This document shows positions 40,292 through 50,673 of a stretch of DNA of 53,127 nucleotides, piece by piece. Within the stretch, counting starts at the first letter, position 1. Each line of letters starts with the position of its first letter. The notes beneath the pieces are model-generated. The model made no database searches. It worked only from the letters and a program-made list of their open reading frames with translations, and had not been told where the DNA came from. The stretch is from Eubacteriales bacterium (GTDB lineage Bacteria > Bacillota > Clostridia > Oscillospirales > CAG-272), in the NCBI GenBank assembly GCA_045588165.1, contig JAZNDP010000100.1, positions 1 through 53,127 of the forward strand, given 5' to 3'. A program made the position numbers and the translations under genes.

Positions 40292-40738
40292 TTACTTTCC
40301 GCAGACCTCAATGTGAATCTTTCCCGTTACGTCGTTAAACAGACGGACGTCGGCGGAAAAGGTACCGAAGGACTTGATCGGTACGGCAAGGGTGATTTTT
40401 CGCTTGTCGATCTCGATTCCAAAATCCTTTTTCAGAGCCTCGGCGATCTCCTTGGAGGTAACCGAGCCGTACAGACGCTTGTCGGGACCCGCGGCGTAAG
40501 CGAACTTTACCACGATGGATTCCAGACGCTTGGCAATATCCTGCGCGTTCTGCTTTTCTACCTCCAGCTTGTGAGCCTTGGAGGCTTCCTTGTTCTTGAT
40601 TTCATTGAGCGCCTTGTTGTCGGCGGGGATTGCGAGCTTCTTTGGGAACAGAAAATTACGGGCATAGCCGTCGGATACCTCCACGACCTGATCCTTCTTG
40701 CCCTGACCCTTTACGTCAGCGGTTAAAATAACTTTCAT
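40292..40738 (-). CDS. rplI: 50S ribosomal protein L9
   Basis: [36 protein letters not shown] is the canonical L9 N-terminus. 148 aa. Confidence 0.95.
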   Translation of the reverse strand: MKVILTADVKGQGKKDQVVEVSDGYARNFLFPKKLAIPADNKALNEIKNKEASKAHKLEVEKQNAQDIAKRLESIVVKFAYAAGPDKRLYGSVTSKEIAEALKKDFGIEIDKRKITLAVPIKSFGTFSADVRLFNDVTGKIHIEVCGK

Positions 40739-40752
40739 GACTTATGTCTCCT

Positions 40753-42876
40753 TTATACTTGGGGTGTTTTGTTTTTGCTTGTTGCAGGCGTTTGTTTTTT
40801 CTCGCCGTCGAAATACGCGTCAATGGCCTCTTTCAGCATTTTTTCGGCATCCTCCAGCTCACTCTGTGCCAGAGCGGCTCCCGCCACGTCAAAGTGACCG
40901 CCGCCTCCGATTTTCTCCAGAATCAGCTGAACGTTGATGCTACCGTCCGAACGGGCGGAGATGTGAACCGTCTCTCCGATTCGAATCAGCGCAAAGGCGG
41001 CGTGAACCGAGCGAACGGTCAACAGCTTATCTGCCGCTTTTGCCGCGGCAACGCGGTCACCGCCCGAGCCGCTTCCCTCCAAAGAGGTAATGGCGATCCG
41101 ATCGCGGTAGATTTTCGCCTCGGAACCGAACTGTGCTTCGGTATGATAGTCCTCGAAGGCTTCCTCAAAGAAGGTTCGGGCATACTCGGTGCTGGCGCCT
41201 GCGCTTCGAAGATACAGCGCCGCGGCGAAGGTTCTGGTTCCAACGGTACGTGTAAAGTTCTTGGTATCCACCATGATACCAGCCATCAGCAGGTTGGCTT
41301 CCTCCTTCCGCAGCGTCCCCGCGGGCAGACTTTGCTCCAGAATCTCGGAGATCAGCTCACTGGCAGAGGAGGCAGAGGGATCGATATAGGAAAGCTGTGG
41401 CTCGTTGGCAAATTCCTCCTTCTTGATATGGTGGTCGATCACCACGGTCTTGAAGGAGTTGTTGGCAATCTCGGGAGCCTCCAAAATCGAGAAATTGTTG
41501 GCATCCACAATGATCAGAAGCGTGCCGAAGGAGCTCTGTGCCAAGCCATCCACACCGTCTACGAACATATTGCGGTAGTCGGACAGTCCGCAAAGCCGAT
41601 CGGTACATGCCCGAAAGTTTTCGGATTCGGTATCGGTGATGATCTTGGCGTCCACGCCGATGAATTTACAAAGAGCGGCAATGCCCACGCATGCGCCGAT
41701 GGAGTCAAAGTCGGGATTGCTGTGTCCCATTACCAGTACGTTGGGGGAGGAGGCGATCATGGAACAAAGCTTGGCTGCAATGACACGGGCGTGTCCGCCG
41801 GTGCGCTTTTGCTGACTCTTGATCTTTCCTCCGAAGAAATCGTTTCCCTTTTCGGTTTTCAGTACCACCTGGTCACCGCCGCGCTGAAGCGCCATATCCA
41901 AGGAGCTCAGGGCGTCCCGCTCTCTCTCCGCGAGAGAGCTTCCCGTAGTGGCGATTCCTATGGAGACGGTGATAGGCATGCTGTCATCTCCGATGCGGAT
42001 ATCTCGAATGGCATCTAAAATTTCAAATTTGTTCTCAATGCAGGTATCCAGCATTCGGCGGGAGAGGAAGAAAATATAGCGGTTTCGGTCGTATTCCCGT
42101 ATCATGCCTCCCAGAGAGGTTGCCCATTCCTTCAGACGGTGCTCTACCTGACGCGCCTCCGATTCGTAGCTGACCTTCACGTATTGGGCGATCTCATCCA
42201 GATTGTCCAGTACGATATAGCCAACGGCGCAAAGGTCGTTCCGATAGCGGGTACGGATTTCCAAAAGCTCGGTGACGTCATGGAAAACAAGCATGTAATA
42301 GGTCTTGCTTTTGGCGCGGAGGGGATGACAGTCTACCCAATAGCTTTTCTCCCGAATCACCACCTGACACGGAGAGATCTCCGCGGATGCTCCGTCAGAT
42401 TCTTGGAGCTCCTCCTCTTTGGCGGGAGCTTGAGATCCTTCTGCCATAGCGGTTGCGAGAAGCTCCTCCATGGAACGGTCGCAAAGAGAGGTGATATCGG
42501 TATTAAAGACGGAGTCCCAGATGCCTACTGCCGACCGCATGGCGGCGTTGATGGTAACGATGCGTCCCGTCTCACTGACGACGGCGTAGGGAATATTCAG
42601 TTGATTCCGAACGGCGTAAATGACGCTGTTGTTCTGCTCCTCCGCCGCGTCAAATTCCAGTCGATACCGCTTCATTTGTCTGCGGGAGACGAGAAATACG
42701 CAAAGAGAGGCGCAAAGATACACGCCGATGAGGATCAGTCCCCACAAAGCGGGGGATTGCTCCGTATAGGTGCAAAGGGCGATATGGATCGAAACCGCCG
42801 CCACTGCGAAAATCACGTACAGGCGAGAAGGAAGCTCCTCTATGCGGCGCAACGGATCCATCTTTTTGTTAGACAT
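40753..42876 (-). CDS. gdpP: GdpP/YybT-type DHH/DHHA1 phosphodiesterase (cyclic-di-AMP phosphodiesterase)
   Basis: Two N-terminal TM helices. DHH motifs HSNPDFDSIGA and VVIDHH, and DHHA1 motif GGGHFDVAGA. Conserved position between yybS-like and rplI. Start chosen at ATG 42876; the track starts at TTG 42900. Confidence 0.85.
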   Translation of the reverse strand: MSNKKMDPLRRIEELPSRLYVIFAVAAVSIHIALCTYTEQSPALWGLILIGVYLCASLCVFLVSRRQMKRYRLEFDAAEEQNNSVIYAVRNQLNIPYAVVSETGRIVTINAAMRSAVGIWDSVFNTDITSLCDRSMEELLATAMAEGSQAPAKEEELQESDGASAEISPCQVVIREKSYWVDCHPLRAKSKTYYMLVFHDVTELLEIRTRYRNDLCAVGYIVLDNLDEIAQYVKVSYESEARQVEHRLKEWATSLGGMIREYDRNRYIFFLSRRMLDTCIENKFEILDAIRDIRIGDDSMPITVSIGIATTGSSLAERERDALSSLDMALQRGGDQVVLKTEKGNDFFGGKIKSQQKRTGGHARVIAAKLCSMIASSPNVLVMGHSNPDFDSIGACVGIAALCKFIGVDAKIITDTESENFRACTDRLCGLSDYRNMFVDGVDGLAQSSFGTLLIIVDANNFSILEAPEIANNSFKTVVIDHHIKKEEFANEPQLSYIDPSASSASELISEILEQSLPAGTLRKEEANLLMAGIMVDTKNFTRTVGTRTFAAALYLRSAGASTEYARTFFEEAFEDYHTEAQFGSEAKIYRDRIAITSLEGSGSGGDRVAAAKAADKLLTVRSVHAAFALIRIGETVHISARSDGSINVQLILEKIGGGGHFDVAGAALAQSELEDAEKMLKEAIDAYFDGEKKQTPATSKNKTPQV

Positions 42877-42911
42877 AACGGTTTTGTCCTTTCTTTCCAA
42901 AGCGCGGGGCT

Positions 42912-44117
42912 TTAGGATTTATTCTGATTCTTGCGGAGACGAAGTCTACCGAGAATAACCACGCCGGCGCCGAAGGCGGCGGCGAGAGGAAGCATAACGG
43001 AAGGGAAATTAAACGTAAGCAGCATGACCCCCAGATAAAGAACGGTGGAAAAGCAAGAGGGGGCTTTGGCAAACAGCAGGGCATTCATGGCGATCCAAGC
43101 GGTCATCAGCATACCCGGCGCCAAAATCAGATAGAGATTCTGCGCCACGGCACCAAAGAGAGCCGTTTGCTCGCTCACGAGGATCACCGACAAAAGCATC
43201 GCCGCAAAATAAAGGAGAGCGGAGGTCAGACTCATGTCGAAGGAGATCATTTTTTTTAAGGATTTTTCATCCTCTCCCTGTCCGATCAGACATCGAAGCG
43301 CCGCGGAATGGATGCCAAACGCTACCAGCATGGCAAGAATTACAATCAGGGCGGGGAGAACGTTAAAGAGCGCGGTCACCAACGTGTCGACATAGCTGGC
43401 GGCATCGGCATTGGTGCCGAGAGGAAGACCCGAGATCACTACCGATTCTCCGATCGCTCCGGTTGCTCCCAGACGGATCTCCTCCAAGAAGAGGCGAAAT
43501 GCGGTCAGAGAAAGGGACCCCAATCGACGGTGGAGAAATACACCAATCATGGGAAGAGTCACAGCGAGCAACGTTACGCTCATGCGACAGACGGCGGGGA
43601 TTCTATTCGTTCTTGTCCGCAAGCAAAGCCACAGCATCAGTGCGGGAGGGAGAACGGCAAGGGTGAGCGCGGCGGATATGGGATTCCAAAGGAGCAACGC
43701 CGAGAGTCCATAGGCAAGAATCGGCAATGCGGGGGCAAAGACACCGCCGCCGCGGCGGCAAAATACGCAAAAGGAGCAGCATGCGCTAAGAAGGGAACCG
43801 AATAGCCCCGAAACGTAGGGCGTGCCTCCTAAAAAAGCAAACGTGGCAAGGACTGCGATGTGACCGAGTGCCCCCGAGAGCGAATGCGTCAGCCAAATCT
43901 GGGCTGCCATGCTGATCAGCGTAAGCACTAGTCCCAGCGTCTGCACACCCCCTATGCGGGAATATCCCGAAAGCAAGAGAGAGACACCGACAGATGTCAC
44001 AAGATAAATACAACCTGCCCACCAAAGCTCCGCGCGCGGCGAAACCGAGGAGGACCGGGAATTTGATTTGGATTGTTTCAATGAACACCTCACAAATAGA
44101 ATGCCGAGATCGGACAT
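42912..44117 (-). CDS. YybS-like (DUF2232) polytopic membrane protein
   Basis: About 10 hydrophobic segments. Its position upstream of gdpP-rplI-dnaB matches the Bacillus yybS-yybT-rplI-dnaC order. The start codon is uncertain. Confidence 0.7.
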   Translation of the reverse strand: MSDLGILFVRCSLKQSKSNSRSSSVSPRAELWWAGCIYLVTSVGVSLLLSGYSRIGGVQTLGLVLTLISMAAQIWLTHSLSGALGHIAVLATFAFLGGTPYVSGLFGSLLSACCSFCVFCRRGGGVFAPALPILAYGLSALLLWNPISAALTLAVLPPALMLWLCLRTRTNRIPAVCRMSVTLLAVTLPMIGVFLHRRLGSLSLTAFRLFLEEIRLGATGAIGESVVISGLPLGTNADAASYVDTLVTALFNVLPALIVILAMLVAFGIHSAALRCLIGQGEDEKSLKKMISFDMSLTSALLYFAAMLLSVILVSEQTALFGAVAQNLYLILAPGMLMTAWIAMNALLFAKAPSCFSTVLYLGVMLLTFNFPSVMLPLAAAFGAGVVILGRLRLRKNQNKS

Positions 44118-44291
44118 CTCGTTTAGGGAATAACAACCCTATTATAGTATTATACCATATCCGTTTAGGTTTGTAAACAGAAAAAACGAAATTCCTTTCC
44201 AAAAATATTTATATTTATAAGAGTTGCGGCGGAGAGAAAGAGGGGAGATCTGCGAAGAGAAAAATATTTTTGGAAAAAAACGAAAAAACTC

Positions 44292-44320
44292 TTGCAATTC
44301 AAATTAAAGTGTGCTATAAT
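44292..44320 (+). promoter_or_regulatory. Promoter of the rimP-nusA-infB operon
   Basis: TTGCAA (44292-97), 17-nt spacer, TGcTATAAT (TATAAT 44315-20). Confidence 0.6.
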
Positions 44321-44398
44321 AAGCAAGATGAGAGTGGGTTTGAGAGAACCCACTCTTAATTGTTGAAGATCGCCGGAGATGTCCGGCAGGAGGAAATC

Positions 44399-44866
44399 AT
44401 GGCTAAAAACGGAAGCATTGCCGATACCGTACGGGCGCTGGCAGAGCCGATTGCCGACTCCCTTGGCTGTTGGGTCTGGGACGTGGAGTACGTCAAGGAG
44501 GGTGCGAAACGGATTCTTCGGATCACCATTGATTCGGAGGAGGGGATCACCATCAACGACTGCGAAGCGCTTCACCGCGCCATTGACCCCGTGCTGGATG
44601 AGGCAGACCCCATCGAGGAGCAATATTATCTGGAGGTTTCCTCTCCCGGTGTGGAACGGGAGCTGCGGACCGAGGAGCATATCGTCGCTTGCGAGGGATG
44701 GGATGTAGAGGTTCGACTCTATGCGCCGATAAACGGTACCAAGATTTTTCGCGGCGTTCTGTTGCCTTTGGGGGAGCAGGGCGAGATCCGCATTGATGCG
44801 GCGGGAGAGACGATGGAATTTCCTCGCGCCGCCGTTGCAAAGCTGAGAACCTATTTTGAATTTTAA
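44399..44866 (+). CDS. rimP: Ribosome maturation factor RimP
   Basis: Start at MAKNGS (GGAGGA upstream). ...LGCWVWDVEYVKEGAKRILRITIDSEEGITINDCEALHRAIDPVLD...YYLEVSSPGVEREL is the typical RimP pattern. Confidence 0.9.
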   Translation: MAKNGSIADTVRALAEPIADSLGCWVWDVEYVKEGAKRILRITIDSEEGITINDCEALHRAIDPVLDEADPIEEQYYLEVSSPGVERELRTEEHIVACEGWDVEVRLYAPINGTKIFRGVLLPLGEQGEIRIDAAGETMEFPRAAVAKLRTYFEF

Positions 44867-44905
44867 GACCAAGAAATTGAAAATCGTAAAGGATGGAAAC
44901 TTGAA

Positions 44906-45931
44906 ATGAACAAGGAATTTTTCGTAGCGTTGGATCTTCTCGAAAAGGAGAAGGGAATCCCCAAGGAATACATGCTGGAAAAGATTGAAGCAGCGTTGCT
45001 GTCCGCGTTTAAGAAGGAATTCGGCGCCAACACCCTGATGCGTGTCAACATTGACCCCGTCAAGGAGGATGTGAAGGTCTATCTGCAGAAGGAGGTCGTT
45101 GAGGTGGTAGAGAATCCTCAATGCCAGATCTCTCTGGAGGATGCCAAGGCAATCAGCAGACGCAATACCCTTGGAAAGATGGTGGAGACCGAGGTCAAGA
45201 CCAAAAACTTCCGCCGCCTGTCCGCCGCCGCGGCGAAATCCGTGATTATTCAGGGAATCCGCGAGGGGGAGCGCAAGGTCATGCAGGACGCGTATGAGAG
45301 TCAGCGTGAGGAGATCATCACCGCAACCGTCAGCAAGGTGGATCCCGTGAACGGAAACGTTGTGGTAGATACGGGAACGGGTCGCGCCGTTTTACTGAAG
45401 GGGGAGCAGATTCCCGGAGAGTACTTCTATGTGGATCAGAAGATCAAGGTATTCGTTATGGAAGTAAACAAGGAGACCAAGGGACCGCTGGTTACCCTGT
45501 CCCGCTCTCACGCCGGTCTGGTTCGCAGAATGTTCGAGCTGGAGGTTCCCGAGATTCAGGACGGCGTGGTGCTGGTAAAGGGTGTTGCCCGTGAGGCGGG
45601 CTCCAGAACCAAGATCGCCGTATGGTCCCGTGACGAGGACGTAGATGCGGTGGGCGCGTGCATTGGTGCTCACGGCATGAGAATCAACGGAATCGTTCAG
45701 GAGCTGAACGGAGAGAAGATCGATATCGTAAAATACAGTGAGATTCCCGAGGAATACGTAGCGGCGGCACTTGCTCCCGCAACCGTTCGTTCGGTCACCT
45801 TTACCGCCGAGCGCGCTTGCCGTGTAATCGTGGATGCGGATCAGCTCTCTCTTGCCATCGGTAAGGAGGGTCAGAACGCAAGATTGGCGGCGAGACTGAC
45901 GGGAATGAAGATCGACATTAAGTCCGAATAA
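44906..45931 (+). CDS. nusA: Transcription termination/antitermination factor NusA
   Basis: N-terminal domain, S1 domain (G..V.G.V) and two KH domains (IGKEGQNARLAARLTG). 341 aa. Confidence 0.95.
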   Translation: MNKEFFVALDLLEKEKGIPKEYMLEKIEAALLSAFKKEFGANTLMRVNIDPVKEDVKVYLQKEVVEVVENPQCQISLEDAKAISRRNTLGKMVETEVKTKNFRRLSAAAAKSVIIQGIREGERKVMQDAYESQREEIITATVSKVDPVNGNVVVDTGTGRAVLLKGEQIPGEYFYVDQKIKVFVMEVNKETKGPLVTLSRSHAGLVRRMFELEVPEIQDGVVLVKGVAREAGSRTKIAVWSRDEDVDAVGACIGAHGMRINGIVQELNGEKIDIVKYSEIPEEYVAAALAPATVRSVTFTAERACRVIVDADQLSLAIGKEGQNARLAARLTGMKIDIKSE

Positions 45932-45954
45932 TCCGAAACAAGAGGAAAGAAACT

Positions 45955-46236
45955 ATGGAGCAGACGCAGAAGCCGAGAAAAATTCCTATGCGGCAATGCC
46001 TCGGCTGTAACGAACACAAACCCAAGAGGGAGCTCCTTCGTGTGGTAAGAGGTCCTGAGGGAGAGATCTCGCTGGACTTTACCGGAAAGAAATCGGGGCG
46101 GGGCGCCTACGTTTGCCCTGACTCCCGGTGTCTGAAAAAGGCAAGAAAATCGGGACGGATCGCGCGCAGCCTGGACTGTGAGATCCCCGATCCCGTATGG
46201 GAGCAGATGGAGCGGGAGCTTGCCGCCCATGAGTGA
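45955..46236 (+). CDS. ylxR: YlxR/DUF448 family RNA-binding protein
   Basis: RQCLGCNEHKPKRELLRVV...GRGAYVC signature. Lies between nusA and infB. Confidence 0.9.
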   Translation: MEQTQKPRKIPMRQCLGCNEHKPKRELLRVVRGPEGEISLDFTGKKSGRGAYVCPDSRCLKKARKSGRIARSLDCEIPDPVWEQMERELAAHE

Positions 46237-46570
46237 AAGAAATGAGCAGGTAACGCTGTCCCGTCTGGGACTTTGCGTCCGAGCGGGAAAGGTGATCTTC
46301 GGGGTTCCGCAGATTTGTGAGGCAATGCGAAACGGGAAAAATCCCCCTCTTGCCGTTTTCGAAGCGGCGGACACCTCCGAGAACACCCATAAGCGAATCA
46401 CCGACAAATGTCAATATTATAACGTAATGCAGATCCGCCTGAGCTGTGACGGGGCAACCCTGGCCGCCGCTCTCGGAAAAAGCGGGGCGCTGGGCGCGGT
46501 TGCCGTGACCGACCAACGAATGCGCGACATGGTTCTGCAGAGAAAAGACCCACGGCAACCCAAAACCTAA
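46229..46570 (+). CDS. L7Ae-family ribosomal-protein-like protein (YlxQ-like)
   Basis: Start at MSERNE (ATGAGTGA overlap with the ylxR stop). LGLCVRAGKVIFG pattern. Canonical operon position. Confidence 0.8.
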   Translation: MSERNEQVTLSRLGLCVRAGKVIFGVPQICEAMRNGKNPPLAVFEAADTSENTHKRITDKCQYYNVMQIRLSCDGATLAAALGKSGALGAVAVTDQRMRDMVLQRKDPRQPKT

Positions 46571-46621
46571 ATCCAAATGGAAAGGACGTTCTCCGCCGAC
46601 CACGGAGAGCAGGTATCACGT

Positions 46622-49522
46622 ATGGCAGCAAATCAAACATCCAATTTATTGAAGGTGAATCAGTTCGCCAAGGATATGAATATGAAGACCAAGGATATGG
46701 CGGTCATTCTGGAGGAGAAGGGAATTGCGATCAAATCGCAAAAGCCCCTGGAGCCTGCGGAATTTGACGTTCTCTTTGAGGCATTGACCAAGGGGAACCA
46801 GATCACCAATATCGAGGATTATCTGGACGGTGTGACCTACATTCCTTCCAAGAAAAAGGCTGTGAATACCGAAAAGGCGGAGAAAAAGCCTGCGCCGGAG
46901 ACGGAGGGGAAGACAGAGAAGACCCCTGTAGCGGAGACGGCTCCCGCGGAGAAGAAGGCGGAAGCTCCCGTAGCGGAAAAGAAGGCGGAGCCTGCGGCAC
47001 AACCCAAGGTGGAGACGAAGCCTGAGGGTAAGCCCGAGGTGAAATCTGACCCCAAGCCCGAGGCAAAGCCCGAGCCCAAGAAGGAGATCAAGCCCGCCAC
47101 GTCCGCTCCTGCCGCAAAGCCGGGACAGAGACCAATGGAGTCCAGACCCCAGGGCAACGGTATGCCGAGAGCCAATGACGGCGCAAGACAGCCCCAGCGG
47201 AACGACCGTCCCGCGGGACAGGGAATGGGAGGCGCAAGACCTCAGAATGGAGATCGGTTTGCTCCCCGTCAGCCCGGTCAAAACGGATCCTTTGGTCAGA
47301 GATCCTTTGATCGAGCGCCCGCGCAAGGACAGAATGGCTATGCCCCCCGTCCTCAGAACGATCGCTTTGCGAACCCCTTCGGCGGCGCCCAGAGAGGACC
47401 TCAGGGTCAGAAGCCTCAGGGACAGAGAAATAACGATCGCATGGGTGGCGGACAGTTCAGAGATAAGGACGAGCGCGTTCAGAGAGGTCCCATTGAAAAG
47501 TTCAAGCCCCAGCTCATCGTCCGCAGTCAGACCGTTAAGGGTGACGAGGCTCCCAAGCAGAGAGGCGCGACGCGAGTGGTAGACATGAGAGCGGGAACGG
47601 TGGATCTGTCCAAGTACGACGAGAGACTGGACAACTTCGTGCCGGATTCCATGGGAGATCTGCGGGGCGGAAACCAAAGAGTCAAGAAGCAGAATCAAGC
47701 CGGAGGCCGCATGGCACCCGGTAAGAATAATAAATTTGCCAAGGGCAAGAAGAGCCCCCAGCCTGTAACCAAGGCGCCTACCAGTGTGACTCTCCCTGAG
47801 GAGATCATGGTCAGCGAGCTGGCATCCCGCCTGAAGGTGACTGCCGCGGAGATTGTCAAGCGCTTGATGATGCTCGGCATGATGGTGACCGTTAACCAGA
47901 CGGTGGATTACGATACTGCCGCTATCGTTGCCGACGAGATGGGAATTGCCGCTACCAAGGAGGTGGTGGTGACCATTGAGGAGCGTCTCTTTGGCGAGGA
48001 GGAGGACAGCGAGGAGAATCTGGTAACCAGAGCCCCCGTCGTCTGCGTTATGGGTCACGTTGACCACGGTAAGACCTCGATTCTGGACGCGATCCGTCAT
48101 ACCCGTGTAACCTCGGGCGAGGCGGGCGGTATTACCCAGCACATCGGTGCGTACCGCGTGAGGGTCAACGGACAGGATATTACCTTCCTGGATACCCCCG
48201 GACACGAGGCGTTTACCGCAATGCGTGCCCGCGGAGCCCAGTCTACCGATATCGCAATTCTGGTGGTTGCCGCCGATGACGGTATCATGCCCCAGACGAT
48301 TGAAGCGATCAACCACGCCAAGGCGGCGGGAATTGATATCATCGTTGCCATCAACAAGATGGATAAGCCTACGGCAAATCCCGACAACGTCAAGCAGGAA
48401 ATGACCAAGTACGATCTGGTCCCCGAGGAGTGGGGAGGAGACGTGATCTGCGTTCCCGTATCGGCATTGACCGGAATGGGTATTGACGATCTGCTGGAGA
48501 ACGTTCTGCTGGTTGCCGAGGTGAAGGAGCTGAAGGCAAATCCCAACCGTCGCGCCAAGGGTCTGATCATCGAGTCCAAGCTGGATAAGGGCAGAGGTCC
48601 CGTTGCTACCGTGCTGGTACAGAACGGTACGCTGCGCGTAGGTGACGTGGTGATCGCGGGAACCTCCGTCGGACACGTTCGTGCCATGATCGACGACAAG
48701 GGAAGAAACCTCAAGGAGGCAGGACCCTCCGTGCCCGTTGAGATCCTCGGTCTGTCCGAGGTGCCCTCCGCGGGAGATGAGTTCAACGCGGTCGTAGACG
48801 AGAGAATGGCGAGAACCCTTGCCGATCAGCGGAGAGCCGAGGCGAAGGAAGAGGTATTCAAGGCAAATGCCAGAGCAAACCTGAACGATCTGTTTGCCCA
48901 GATTTCCGAGGGCGTCAAGGAGCTGAACATCATTGTCAAGGCAGACGTGGCAGGCTCTGCGGAGGCAGTCAAGCAGTCCCTTGAGAAGATCTCCAACGAG
49001 GAGGTCAAGGTCCGTGTGATTCACGCGGCGGCGGGAGGAATCCGCGAGGGTGACGTTATGCTGGCGGCGGCATCCAATGCCATTGTTGTAGGCTTTAACG
49101 TCCGTCCCGATAAGGGCGCGATTGACAGCGCGGAGCGACAGGGCGTAGAGATCCGTACCTACCGCGTCATTTACGATTGCATCAACGAGATCACCGACGC
49201 GATGAAGGGTATGCTGGCTCCCGAGTTCAAGGAAAATCTGTTGGGTCACGCAGAGGTCAGACAGACCATTCACGTGCCGGGAGTGGGAACCATTGCGGGC
49301 TCCTATGTACAGGATGGTAAGGTCGTACGTTCGGCCATGATCCGTGTTGTGCGTGACGGAATCGTGATCTTCGAGGATAAGATTTCCTCCTTGAAACGGT
49401 TCAAGGACGACGCCAAGGAGGTAGCACAGGGATACGAGTGCGGCATTGGTCTGGATCGATTCAACGACATCAAGGTAGGCGACATTTTGGAGGCTTACGT
49501 GATGGAAGAGGTTGCACGATAA
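46622..49522 (+). CDS. infB: Translation initiation factor IF-2
   Basis: GTPase G1 [12 protein letters not shown]3 DTPGHEAF, G4 NKMD. The N-terminal region is low-complexity and Lys/Pro/Glu/Gln-rich. ATG 46622 is preferred over 46577 because GGAGAG lies upstream of it; the start remains uncertain. Confidence 0.93.
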   Translation: MAANQTSNLLKVNQFAKDMNMKTKDMAVILEEKGIAIKSQKPLEPAEFDVLFEALTKGNQITNIEDYLDGVTYIPSKKKAVNTEKAEKKPAPETEGKTEKTPVAETAPAEKKAEAPVAEKKAEPAAQPKVETKPEGKPEVKSDPKPEAKPEPKKEIKPATSAPAAKPGQRPMESRPQGNGMPRANDGARQPQRNDRPAGQGMGGARPQNGDRFAPRQPGQNGSFGQRSFDRAPAQGQNGYAPRPQNDRFANPFGGAQRGPQGQKPQGQRNNDRMGGGQFRDKDERVQRGPIEKFKPQLIVRSQTVKGDEAPKQRGATRVVDMRAGTVDLSKYDERLDNFVPDSMGDLRGGNQRVKKQNQAGGRMAPGKNNKFAKGKKSPQPVTKAPTSVTLPEEIMVSELASRLKVTAAEIVKRLMMLGMMVTVNQTVDYDTAAIVADEMGIAATKEVVVTIEERLFGEEEDSEENLVTRAPVVCVMGHVDHGKTSILDAIRHTRVTSGEAGGITQHIGAYRVRVNGQDITFLDTPGHEAFTAMRARGAQSTDIAILVVAADDGIMPQTIEAINHAKAAGIDIIVAINKMDKPTANPDNVKQEMTKYDLVPEEWGGDVICVPVSALTGMGIDDLLENVLLVAEVKELKANPNRRAKGLIIESKLDKGRGPVATVLVQNGTLRVGDVVIAGTSVGHVRAMIDDKGRNLKEAGPSVPVEILGLSEVPSAGDEFNAVVDERMARTLADQRRAEAKEEVFKANARANLNDLFAQISEGVKELNIIVKADVAGSAEAVKQSLEKISNEEVKVRVIHAAAGGIREGDVMLAAASNAIVVGFNVRPDKGAIDSAERQGVEIRTYRVIYDCINEITDAMKGMLAPEFKENLLGHAEVRQTIHVPGVGTIAGSYVQDGKVVRSAMIRVVRDGIVIFEDKISSLKRFKDDAKEVAQGYECGIGLDRFNDIKVGDILEAYVMEEVAR

Positions 49523-49533
49523 CAACTGAAAAA

Positions 49534-49566
49534 ACGGCTTGCGGAGACCCGCAAGCCGTTTGTAGT
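49534..49566 (+). terminator. Rho-independent terminator after infB
   Basis: ACGGCTTGCGG (49534-44) / CCGCAAGCCGT (49549-59) followed by TTGTAGTTT. Confidence 0.65.
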
Positions 49567-49676
49567 TTGGGAGGGTTTGTCGAGTTTTTCCGAATGGAAA
49601 ACGAATGAAAAATAGAGCTTGACAAGTGATTTTGGGAATGATATAATCAAAATTGTATACGATATCCTGCCAACCG

Positions 49677-50507
49677 TCAGCAGGATTTTCTGTATTGCAG
49701 GGGAGAGACCCCTACGTGCTTTTTGAAAAGCTTGCTGAAAAATTTGGGGTCGCTGTAGCCGACACAAACTCCGATCTGCTTGACGCTCATGTCGGTGTTC
49801 AACAGCAAATAGCAGGCGTGCTCCATGCGCAGACCGATCAGGTAAGCCGTGGGAGACGTCCCCATTTGCTCACGGAACAGAACGATATAACGGGAATGGC
49901 TCAAATTTTCCATGGCGGCAAGCTCGGGGATTCGAAGCTCCTCTTGATAGGCGGTGTGCATTCGGTGGAGGGAACGCTCCAAAGCCGTTTTTTGGGAGAC
50001 GGTAACGGAGCGCGCCGCGGTGAGAATCAGCTGTTCCAAGGCGCAAGCCATTTCTTGGCGGAGATGGGGCGCTTTGCTGTCACCGATGGAAAGCATTCGC
50101 CCGAATTGCTCGGCGACGGGGCGGGAGTCTCCCGCTTTGCGGCAAAAAGGAAGGGGCCACAGACCGCATTCTTCCAGAAATCGGGGAACGTAGGAACCGG
50201 TAAAATGAGCCCAGAGATATCGCAGGGGCTCCTTGCCGCGATAGGCATAGCAATACGCGTAGCGAGGCGGAAAGATCAGGATCGTACCCGCCGTCACCGT
50301 CTGTATTCCTTCGGGGAGCGTCACGTCCAGCTCTCCGCGGAGCAGGTAGAGGAAATAATAGTCCTCTCTGCCGTCGACGTTGTGCGTGGTGAAGGGAAAA
50401 ACCGAGTCCAGATCTCCCGCGCAGTTGACCTCCAGGGGATATTCCTCCGATGCTCTGCTGCAGGCATTCAGATCATGTCCGTCGGGAAAGGCTTGATAGG
50501 ATCGCAT
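49677..50507 (-). CDS. AraC-family transcriptional regulator (cupin + HTH_18)
   Basis: C-terminal double HTH (...IVLFREQMGTSPTAYLIGLRMEHACYLLLNTDMSVKQIGVCVGYSDPKFFSKLFKKHVGVSPLQYR). Confidence 0.9.
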   Translation of the reverse strand: MRSYQAFPDGHDLNACSRASEEYPLEVNCAGDLDSVFPFTTHNVDGREDYYFLYLLRGELDVTLPEGIQTVTAGTILIFPPRYAYCYAYRGKEPLRYLWAHFTGSYVPRFLEECGLWPLPFCRKAGDSRPVAEQFGRMLSIGDSKAPHLRQEMACALEQLILTAARSVTVSQKTALERSLHRMHTAYQEELRIPELAAMENLSHSRYIVLFREQMGTSPTAYLIGLRMEHACYLLLNTDMSVKQIGVCVGYSDPKFFSKLFKKHVGVSPLQYRKSC

Positions 50508-50673
50508 AGAACCTCCTTGAAAACAGTAAAAAAATACAACAATACAGTAATTCAGTCAATGGACAATGCGTTGAAACTATTATAAATAAGGGTGTTTTGT
50601 CAAGCGTGTTTTGAAAAACAAGCGTGATTTTGAAAAAGACAGAACAAAAAAATACATAAAATAGGAGAAGAAA

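Noticed and set aside
46850-47520. Repetitive-looking DNA (AAGCC/GAGGC/CAGA-rich) that could be mistaken for a repeat array.
   Set aside because: It encodes the low-complexity Lys/Pro/Glu/Ala and Gln/Gly/Arg/Pro N-terminal region typical of IF-2. The frame is continuous and there is no spacer-repeat periodicity.
46646-49525. Very long antisense ORFs opposite housekeeping genes. Examples: 959 aa opposite infB; 509 aa at 50473..52002; 424 aa at 40744..42018; 415 aa at 36106..37353; 496 aa at 1512..3002; 399 aa at 4741..5940; 333 aa at 52124..53125; 318 aa at 44165..45121; 305 aa at 33982..34899 and 37976..38893.
   Set aside because: Each lies antisense to a gene with unmistakable conserved motifs. 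Their translations are low-complexity (Arg/Gly/Leu/His-rich) with no motifs. Open antisense frames of this kind are expected in GC-rich coding DNA.
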